Positions 8,913 to 15,537 of a DNA stretch of 21,578 bases are shown piece by piece. The position numbers and the translations under genes were made by a program. The stretch's first letter is position 1; each line of letters begins with the position of its first letter. The stretch lies in the NCBI GenBank assembly GCA_048882325.1, contig JBHLRS010000028.1, positions 1 to 21,578 of the forward strand. The letters are read 5' to 3'. The stretch is from Candidatus Thorarchaeota archaeon. Its GTDB lineage: Archaea > Asgardarchaeota > Thorarchaeia > Thorarchaeales > Thorarchaeaceae. Under the pieces are notes generated by a model, which worked only from the letters and a program-made list of their open reading frames with translations, was not told the DNA's origin and did not search any database.

Positions 8913-9874
8913 GCTGCTGGGCTTTCATGCGTCATTTGCTTTATGATATCCAGAATATCAACACTTGTTTCCCATAATTCGTCAAATGTCTTGAGTGCAT
9001 CATCAAGAAGACCAGGGTTGTCCTTTCTGTGTATAAGTGCAGCCACGTCTGACTCCTTTGCATGAGTTAGATAAAGTAACATCTTGTCTTCATTGAGGCT
9101 TACAATTCTATATGTATTGACAGGTTCCGGTGAGATTCTCAGACCTATGTTTCCTGTTTGCGCAGCCTGTTCGAAGGCTTTTGCCATAGGCATTAGATGC
9201 CTTGCCATTATTTCAAGATCAAGTTTGTCTTGTGTGTGAGGAGTTAAAAGACCCAAGACCTTTACTCCACGAAAACCAGCCTGAATGAGTCGTAGCTCGG
9301 TCACACCACCGGGACCAAGTCCTTCGGCTAATGTACTGGTATGACCGAGGACTCTGACAACATCCCCGGGTTGAGCTCCGTCTGCAAATTCCCTGATGAT
9401 GGTGCTTCTTACGTTCTCCACACCCTCGATAATTCCTGATTCTTCAATTGATGACACGCCAGCTAGTTGCTTGTGTAACATGAGTGCGAGATCTTGACTC
9501 TTGACAAATCTTAGTCGATTCATCATCGTTGTCAGTTCCTGTCTCCGTTCAAGACTCTCTGACAATCTTTCTTTCCGTTTCACTTCAAGAGCATTTGCTA
9601 CACTGGATTCTACAACTGCATAAGTCCTTGGAGAATGGATGTCATCTATAACAATTAATCCGCTCTCTTCCAGGTCTCTCAACCTTCGATAGATGTATGC
9701 CTTCGTGAATTTCTTGTTCGCCAATGACTCGAAACTGGCGGCAATCTCAGTGTAATTCACATACTTGTCCGTTCCACCAGCAGCAAAAAGAACTGCACGA
9801 AAAACTTGCATCTCGCTTGAATCCATATCTATTCCAATTTTCTCAAGATTGTTTTGGAACTTCTTGGTTGTCAT
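8909..9874 (-). CDS. TrmB-like regulator paralog 3 (wHTH + coiled coil + PLD-fold-like effector domain)
   Basis: HTH YTEIA...KAYIYRRLRDLEESGLI, PRTYAV wing, heptad segment, and C-terminal NPGLLDDALKTFDELW. Start reassigned to ATG 9874 (MTTKK), behind a GGTG site and just after the upstream stop; 321 aa. Confidence 0.7.
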   Translation of the reverse strand: MTTKKFQNNLEKIGIDMDSSEMQVFRAVLFAAGGTDKYVNYTEIAASFESLANKKFTKAYIYRRLRDLEESGLIVIDDIHSPRTYAVVESSVANALEVKRKERLSESLERRQELTTMMNRLRFVKSQDLALMLHKQLAGVSSIEESGIIEGVENVRSTIIREFADGAQPGDVVRVLGHTSTLAEGLGPGGVTELRLIQAGFRGVKVLGLLTPHTQDKLDLEIMARHLMPMAKAFEQAAQTGNIGLRISPEPVNTYRIVSLNEDKMLLYLTHAKESDVAALIHRKDNPGLLDDALKTFDELWETSVDILDIIKQMTHESPAA

Positions 9875-9878
9875 TTTC

Positions 9879-10823
9879 TTACACCTTATATTGCAACAAG
9901 TCAGTGCCCTGTTCAAAGTCTGCATCGAAACTATCAATCGCGTTATCGACCAATTCCACATTTCCGCTTCTTGGTAACCATGTAGCTGATAATGGACTCT
10001 CTGAAACAATTAGCACTATGCCATCACGATTCCGGCTCAGGAATTGATACGTAGCATCAGGTCGCGGGAATACCTTATACTCAACAATTCCACCACTGTC
10101 AGTAAATCTCTTAACTATCTCTCTCATACCCGGGCGAAACCCATTTTCTCCCCTATCGTGGTCAAGAGCTCGTAACACTATACCTTTCTTCAAAGCATTC
10201 TCGATGTTGAGTACTCTCTTTGAGCTTAGATAATCTATCTGAGACAACCACTCAAGTTTTATGCGAACAACATCTCCTTTCTTGAGATTGTTCCATATCG
10301 TACTATCAAGTAGTTTCAGGATGTTGTCCCATCCTTGAGCAAAGACTGGTTTCTCGATCCTCTTGTCCCCAGCTGAAAAATCAATCAATCCTATAGCCAT
10401 CTGGTCGGTGTTCATCTCTGATAACAATGTCACTTCATTATCAATTTCTCTCAGCCCTTTTTCCATTTCCTTGAGATTTTGAGTCACAATTCTTGCCAAT
10501 GCCTTCTCCAACAAAGCTATGCTAGAGTTGTATCCATGTTTGTGACCACCTTTGTCAATCTTGAGAAATCCATCCTTTTCCAGTTTCGAGAGAGTTCTGT
10601 ATATGAGCGGGTCTTTACCTTTTCTGGAACCTTCCTCTTTCTCAAGTTGCTCACGGAGTGTTTCGAAATCGACAAAGTCTGTAGGCTTTTTCTGAGCCTT
10701 GAGGAGCGCCCCAAGAATTACCATGTCTTTTCTGGTCTTGTCTAATCCAAATGTTTCAAGTAACTCCTCATGTCTTGACTCAGTTGCCACTCGTGTGTCC
10801 CCCACTCTCACTAATTTACCCAT
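9879..10823 (-). CDS. TrmB-like regulator paralog 2
   Basis: FETLRE...PLIYRTLSKLEKDGFL wHTH, coiled coil, and C-terminal ATWLPRSGNVELVDNAIDSFDADF. ATG 10823 follows GGTGA and overlaps the upstream stop by 8 nt. Confidence 0.7.
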   Translation of the reverse strand: MGKLVRVGDTRVATESRHEELLETFGLDKTRKDMVILGALLKAQKKPTDFVDFETLREQLEKEEGSRKGKDPLIYRTLSKLEKDGFLKIDKGGHKHGYNSSIALLEKALARIVTQNLKEMEKGLREIDNEVTLLSEMNTDQMAIGLIDFSAGDKRIEKPVFAQGWDNILKLLDSTIWNNLKKGDVVRIKLEWLSQIDYLSSKRVLNIENALKKGIVLRALDHDRGENGFRPGMREIVKRFTDSGGIVEYKVFPRPDATYQFLSRNRDGIVLIVSESPLSATWLPRSGNVELVDNAIDSFDADFEQGTDLLQYKV

Positions 10824-11844
10824 TTTCACCTTGGAACAGCTTACTAATTAGTCCTCCGGGTTCCCCTCCCAGAGCCTGAATCTCCTCTGGTTTCAGGTCT
10901 AAGAACGACTTTGCCTTCTTCCAATCCCTATCAAAAGCCTTGACTGCATTGTCAATCAAATCAGGATTGAACTCTCTTGTGATCCATGTGGCTGTCACAG
11001 GATTCTCTGCGATTATTAATGCCATATTGTCATTGTTCAGACTTACTTGATTGTATGTTTTTGGCCCTGAATATATGCGAAAGTCAATCTTCAATCCTTT
11101 CCTCTTTAGATCTACTATAGAGCGTAGAACTCTTCCCGCTCTCTCGAAGTCGACTTCGCGTTGTAAAAGGCCTCCCATCTTGAATATCTCGGTTGACATA
11201 AGGTATCTGACATCAGTCCCTCTGATTGCGGCATCTAGAAACTTCTGTGTCCGATCAAGAATACCATGGTCTAAGAATGGCCCAAACCAAAGCATTGTTG
11301 CTCTTATTATGTCTCCCTTCTTTGCCACATCTAGCATATTGTACTTGAGCACCCTGTGGAGTTCGTCAACCCCCCTCACAATTCGTGAACTTATCTTCTG
11401 CTGGGTCCCTGTGACATTCTTGACTAACTGCTGGGCAAGATCACCGCATTCTAAATTATTGATGAGCTCTAAGGTTTCATCAATCTCCGCTTTCTGTGCT
11501 TCTAGTTCCTTGATTCTTTTGCTCTTGAGCTGCTCCAACCCCGCCATGACAGTGTTAACATCTGCGATGTAGCGTTTACGAGTTGAAGTTGGACTCTCTA
11601 ATCTCACCAGCTGAACATCCACCAGAGACTTTAGCACTCTGTGTATCCACGCCTTTGTCAGCTTTGATTTTGGGTTCTCTCTCAGTAACTCGTCGTAGAT
11701 ATCTCCAAACGTTAAGGGGATTGGTGGATCAGATTGCAGCTTGAGAATGACAGTCAGCAGGTTCATTAGTCGTGACTCTTGCCGTTCTCCTGTTGTAAAT
11801 CCGCATAGCTCTAGGGCTCTTATGACATCAATCTCTTCCGACAT
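10816..11844 (-). CDS. TrmB-like regulator paralog 1
   Basis: TFGDIY...KAWIHRVLKSLVDVQLV wHTH, RKRYIA wing, coiled coil, RGTDVRYL, and C-terminal ATWITREFNPDLIDNAVKAFDRDW. Start taken at ATG 11844 (MSEEID). Confidence 0.72.
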   Translation of the reverse strand: MSEEIDVIRALELCGFTTGERQESRLMNLLTVILKLQSDPPIPLTFGDIYDELLRENPKSKLTKAWIHRVLKSLVDVQLVRLESPTSTRKRYIADVNTVMAGLEQLKSKRIKELEAQKAEIDETLELINNLECGDLAQQLVKNVTGTQQKISSRIVRGVDELHRVLKYNMLDVAKKGDIIRATMLWFGPFLDHGILDRTQKFLDAAIRGTDVRYLMSTEIFKMGGLLQREVDFERAGRVLRSIVDLKRKGLKIDFRIYSGPKTYNQVSLNNDNMALIIAENPVTATWITREFNPDLIDNAVKAFDRDWKKAKSFLDLKPEEIQALGGEPGGLISKLFQGENG

Positions 11845-11916
11845 CGCACATGTTCCTTCTACCCACCTTTGGGTACTACTTAAAAACATCGGTTTACTAA
11901 CTTTATGACTGTATAC

Positions 11917-11941
11917 AACCGCACCATATATATATGTGGTT
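11917..11941. promoter_or_regulatory. TATA element (ATATATATA) bracketed by inverted repeat AACCGCA/TGTGGTT; candidate ncRNA promoter and operator
   Basis: AACCGCA-CCATATATATA-TGTGGTT (1 mismatch between arms); the TATA lies ~25-30 nt upstream of the first hairpin at 11959. Confidence 0.5.
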
Positions 11942-11958
11942 AACCCTGTTAAGAATTA

Positions 11959-12111
11959 GGCAGCTGTCCGCTGCTAACTCCGGGTGGATGCTTCACGGTA
12001 ATCCACAACGGGCATGATACAGGGCACGCCGGGAATCACCCCGGCCATGAAGCAGGGTGGCGCGGGGGGGTGTCCCCTGCTTCTACTCCGTGATTCTCTC
12101 TCACCTTTTTT
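11959..12111 (+). ncRNA. Candidate structured non-coding RNA (~150 nt, four hairpins), family unknown
   Basis: GC-rich intergenic island with stems at 11959-11975, 11984-12006, 12028-12045 and 12049-12083. Extension of three stems needs G.U pairs available on the + strand. Upstream TATA and downstream T6 (12106-12111). Confidence 0.6.
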
Positions 12112-13339
12112 AAAGACCGCTCACAGCGATTGCTCGAAGGTAGCCCACACCGATCTTCATCACCATGGGGAGGAAGTCTGACATGAGGGTCATGATGGTC
12201 CCGATGCTAGCGTTCCCCTGAATAAGCTCGTTTAGGGTTCGTGCATCCAGCTGTGCTAGCACGATCTCCGCAGCCGCAATCGGATCGTTGAACATAGCGT
12301 ATTTTGACACAGCCCACATACCCTTACCCGTATTAGTGATGTTGTTGGCTAGTTGCGTCTTTCTATACTCTTTCTCGTACTGCTCCACACTCTTCTTCGA
12401 GAAGTCGCCTGAGTCTACCATCCGTTTTGCATGCTTGGCTAGTACCTGACCAGCATGAAAACAGGTTGTCACGCCTCCGCCCACAATGGAAGAAACTTGG
12501 CCAGCTGAGTTGCCGCACAACGCAACTCCAGTATCAGTGAACTTTGGTATGATTCCAGCGCAAGGTACAACTCCACCGTTGACCGCTGCAATCTTTGCAT
12601 TCTGGGTTTCAGGGTGTGTCTTCATGTACTTCTTCAGGACGTCCTTCATTGGTGGAAGGGCATGCCAATTGGCTTTTGATGAAGGGACCCGGCCAATTCC
12701 GAGATTAATCTCTGACTCAGATCTCGGGTACAACCAGAGGTAACCGAGGCCAACATCCTTGCCAACGTAGAAGTACGCGACATCTGGATCGATTCCTTTG
12801 CAACCTGTCAGCTTGAATCTGTACCCATAGCTGAGTAGCCATTTTGGATGTGTGAATCCAGCAGTCTCAGAAACCCTGCTGAATGCACCATCAGCTCCAA
12901 CTGTTAAGCTTGCCCGTTCTTCCTCCGTCCGATTGTACTTGACACCTACAACAGACTTGCCCTCCTTGATAACTGAACCTACATGAGACTTGTATCTGAA
13001 CTCAGCACCATCGGACATAGCACGGTCTCGCATGAGTTCCTGACACAGATTCTCATCGAAGAGGTATGAGTTCCCAAGAAGTGATCTATCGACTACAATG
13101 TTGGACCCGGTGTCTAGACTCTCGCCAATAATCGAGGTATACTTGTTCCCAATAAACTCCGAGTCTGGCTTGACCCTCAACAGTCGCAGGGCCTTGTCAG
13201 TGACTAACTCTCCCATGAGAGAAGAAGTAACATCCTTACGCTTCTCCAGCACAAGAGTCTTGAGGCCATATCTGGCTGTGTGTTCAGCAGTCATGAGTCC
13301 AGCTGGACCTGTCCCAGCAACAATCACATCGTAAGTCAT
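12110..13339 (-). CDS. Geranylgeranyl reductase family FAD-dependent oxidoreductase
   Basis: YDVIVAGTGPAG Rossmann motif, VGADGAFSRV, GYLWLYP (GGR YxWxFP-like) and GNSAGQV...GGG. Start ATG 13339 (alternative GTG 13372). Confidence 0.85.
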   Translation of the reverse strand: MTYDVIVAGTGPAGLMTAEHTARYGLKTLVLEKRKDVTSSLMGELVTDKALRLLRVKPDSEFIGNKYTSIIGESLDTGSNIVVDRSLLGNSYLFDENLCQELMRDRAMSDGAEFRYKSHVGSVIKEGKSVVGVKYNRTEEERASLTVGADGAFSRVSETAGFTHPKWLLSYGYRFKLTGCKGIDPDVAYFYVGKDVGLGYLWLYPRSESEINLGIGRVPSSKANWHALPPMKDVLKKYMKTHPETQNAKIAAVNGGVVPCAGIIPKFTDTGVALCGNSAGQVSSIVGGGVTTCFHAGQVLAKHAKRMVDSGDFSKKSVEQYEKEYRKTQLANNITNTGKGMWAVSKYAMFNDPIAAAEIVLAQLDARTLNELIQGNASIGTIMTLMSDFLPMVMKIGVGYLRAIAVSGL

Positions 13340-13474
13340 CGTATGGTGCTCCGTGAAGATACTCGAGTCCACTATGTATCATCTATATCTCTTTCTGAGT
13401 GGTCTTGCCTCGTGCCAAACCTATAATACAAAGTCAAAAGAGGAGGCGAGAATAGTCTTCCAGAAGGGTTGATA

Positions 13475-14377
13475 ATGAAAGCCAGTTCCATAGCGTACTC
13501 AATTTACCTGATTTTTTCGATTATGGTGAGTTTGACACTGGCTGCAATCCCCGCAATCCTGCTCTTTTCAATAATTGTTGAGAACTTTGATAACTTCATG
13601 AACTCAATCTGGCCCTTCTCTGCTATACACAACTTTGTTATTAGCGTACTCTCAGGTACTTGGCTTCCTGAATTTGCTCTTCAATACTGGTGGCTTATTA
13701 TCCTGTTTGTGCCGCTAGGCTTGCTCTGCTATGGTGTATTCCTCGCATTTCTGCTATTGTTCTTCAAATTCTCCCGTCGAGGTATCCCAAACCTACCCGA
13801 TGGTTACTATGAGGCTGAGTCCGAAGCTTGGTTGCTGTATGAATACTTTGAGGTCTACTATATCCTCTATCCATACTTTGCAGGATTCTTCAGCATCTTC
13901 TTCGACACGAAACCTCGGCATCAGGTGTTTGGTGCCAAAATCGGAAAGAACTCCATAGTTGGCAATGGACGGCTTTTCAATCCTGAACGAACGATTATAG
14001 GTGACAACTGCTTCTTTGGCTATGATGCCATTCTGAGTGGTCATGTCTACGAAGGGCGACGCCTCTATCTGAAGACAGTCCGTCTGGGAAACAATGTCAC
14101 AGTTGGTGCCAACGCTGTCATCCTTCCAGGGGCAGACATTGGCAACAATGTTATCATTGGCGCGAACTCAGTGGTTCCCAAAGACAAGGTTATTCCGTCA
14201 AATACAATATGGGTTCATGGTAAAGCCATTCCACGAGAGCCCAGACCAATTGCTGAAGAGCTCCATCAACCAATTGGTGGTCCTACAGTGATTTTTGAGA
14301 AGGTAGAGATGTCTAATGATGTGGAAGAAGAAGAAGAAGAAGGGACGACAATTCCATCAAATGGTGAGAGGTTCTGA
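13475..14377 (+). CDS. Membrane-anchored left-handed beta-helix (hexapeptide) acyltransferase-like protein
   Basis: Two or more hydrophobic helices, then GAKIGKNS, IGDNCFFG, LSGH, LGNNVTVGANAVILPGADIGNNVIIGANSVV repeats; acidic tail. Confidence 0.8.
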   Translation: MKASSIAYSIYLIFSIMVSLTLAAIPAILLFSIIVENFDNFMNSIWPFSAIHNFVISVLSGTWLPEFALQYWWLIILFVPLGLLCYGVFLAFLLLFFKFSRRGIPNLPDGYYEAESEAWLLYEYFEVYYILYPYFAGFFSIFFDTKPRHQVFGAKIGKNSIVGNGRLFNPERTIIGDNCFFGYDAILSGHVYEGRRLYLKTVRLGNNVTVGANAVILPGADIGNNVIIGANSVVPKDKVIPSNTIWVHGKAIPREPRPIAEELHQPIGGPTVIFEKVEMSNDVEEEEEEGTTIPSNGERF

Positions 14378-14401
14378 CCTGCATTTTGAGTGGTGATACA
14401 C

Positions 14402-14794
14402 TTGCGTCTTCTGATGCTGCATGTCAAGAGTTTCTGGTACCGCCCGCATAACTCAGACTCTCAAGAAAGGACTGAGATTGGTGAATCGATTCATGTCTGG
14501 ATCCACTCTGAAAAGGAGGATGAGGAGAATCGTACCGGAGTTCTAAGGAAGATGGTCAAGAACATAAGATGGTTGGCGAAGAAGAATGAGTGTACGACCG
14601 TGACTCTGCATTCTTTCGCTCATCTTGATGACAATAAGGCTGATCCAGCATTTGCTGACTTGTTGATTGAGGAAGCTGCCGCTAGACTAAATGAACGGGA
14701 CTATTCTGTACATATTGTCCCATTTGGACAGTTCTATGAGTTCAATCTTCATGTCAAAGGGCCATCACTGGCGAAGGTCTTCAAAAAGATTTGA
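14402..14794 (+). CDS. Standalone archaeal-type threonyl-tRNA synthetase editing domain (DTD-like fold)
   Basis: MRLLMLH N-terminus (TTG 14402 after GGTGA), SFAHLD (cf. PYAHLS) and PFGQFYEFNLHVKG (cf. PFG.YK.F...CKG); 130 aa. Confidence 0.82.
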   Translation: MRLLMLHVKSFWYRPHNSDSQERTEIGESIHVWIHSEKEDEENRTGVLRKMVKNIRWLAKKNECTTVTLHSFAHLDDNKADPAFADLLIEEAAARLNERDYSVHIVPFGQFYEFNLHVKGPSLAKVFKKI

Positions 14795-14821
14795 GGAACG
14801 AGGTATGGCGGGTTAGATTGT

Positions 14822-15028
14822 TCATCTCATGAAACCCGCCCTGTGATTCTCAATCAATGCTCTGTCCTTTCTCTGCTCGAATTCCCGGTTGGCAATCTCC
14901 GCAGCCAAGAAACGACGGAGCTCAATCGAATCGTCCCTATACTCTGCAAAACCTCGTTTCTTGATTTTCTTTGGAACGGCTCTTTCGATGATTGGTTTAC
15001 CAATGTCGTATATGGTTACAGCAATCAT
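14822..15028 (-). CDS. Small basic hypothetical protein (68 aa)
   Basis: ATG 15028 preceded by the SD-like GGAGTGA; MIAVTIYDIGKP...ENHRAGFMR. Confidence 0.6.
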   Translation of the reverse strand: MIAVTIYDIGKPIIERAVPKKIKKRGFAEYRDDSIELRRFLAAEIANREFEQRKDRALIENHRAGFMR

Positions 15029-15138
15029 ATTGATCACTCCTTGTTCTTGAAGTTCATGACGGAGTTGAATCGCGATCTGGTTCCTACGGTGTCCTAACAA
15101 ACACATGGTTCAGAGGGCATCAAACTCCGCCCGGTTAC

Positions 15139-15174
15139 AATAAAGAGAAGGGTGGTCGCGATATACACACGACC
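15139..15174 (-). terminator. Hairpin plus pyrimidine tract downstream of the 37-aa ORF
   Basis: Minus strand GGTCGTG-TGTATAT-CGCGACC (7 bp, one G.U) followed by ACCCTTCTCTTTATT. Confidence 0.4.
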
Positions 15175-15220
15175 TTTGCCACTGGTGTGGCTCTTTCTCT
15201 AAGAGATGGATGACCAGTTT

Positions 15221-15334
15221 TTACCGATGGAAAGAAGTTCGATAAACATCAGTCCGTACCTGTGACTTCAGTCTGTGAAGCTCTTTCAGATCTGGTTCAG
15301 GTCTGGGCTTTCTCTGTAATTTTGCGAATGCCAT
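15221..15334 (-). CDS. Small basic peptide (37 aa), absent from the ORF track
   Basis: MAFAKLQRKPRPEPDLKELHRLKSQVRTDVYRTSFHR*; SD AGGTG before the ATG and TATA TTTATATG at 15376-15369. Confidence 0.6.
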   Translation of the reverse strand: MAFAKLQRKPRPEPDLKELHRLKSQVRTDVYRTSFHR

Positions 15335-15350
15335 CGTTAAACACCTACTA

Positions 15351-15491
15351 AATATCTGGCACAATTTACATATAAATCTTGCCGAACTTTAGGGTTAAGT
15401 TTTGGTCAATATCAAAAACGAAATATGCCGATACTTAAGTAAAGACATCACTGTCTGGTAGAATTACTTTTAAAGGGGTTTGCCAAAATAT
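15351..15491. promoter_or_regulatory. Array of six imperfect 17-bp palindromic boxes (approx. AAWWYT-TGSCR-AAWWTT) in a divergent promoter; putative Lrp-family operators
   Basis: Box centres at 15359, 15382, 15405 and 15428 (exactly 23 bp apart), then 15458 and 15483. Confidence 0.55.
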
Positions 15492-15537
15492 AAGTATAGT
15501 CATCGACGTAATAATGCATGCTTGGTGATCACACACA

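Noticed and set aside
9875-10009. 45-aa N-terminal extension of TrmB-like paralog 3
   Set aside because: It overlaps paralog 2; ATG 9874 has an SD and matches the paralog lengths.
11051-11572. 173-aa antisense ORF, plus similar shadow ORFs (17657-18130, 20070-20468, 5330-5713, 4131-4505)
   Set aside because: Antisense to well-supported genes, Ser/Phe-rich shadow composition and no motifs.
11975-12048. 24-aa minus-strand ORF (MAGVIPGVPC...) inside the RNA island
   Set aside because: No SD near the ATG; stem symmetry explains the sequence better than coding does.
11984-12083. tRNA-Sec, SECIS, 5S rRNA, riboswitch or group II intron identity for the hairpin island (CTTCA, ATGA, GGGGTGATTCCC, CTACTCCG)
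   Set aside because: No TTCRA T-loop or cloverleaf, no tandem GA quartet opposite ATGA, no 5S CGAAC loop, no domain V, and the FMN/SAM/c-di-AMP cores are incomplete.
14325-14342. (GAA)6 microsatellite
   Set aside because: It encodes an in-frame poly-Glu in a disordered tail; no phase-variation consequence.
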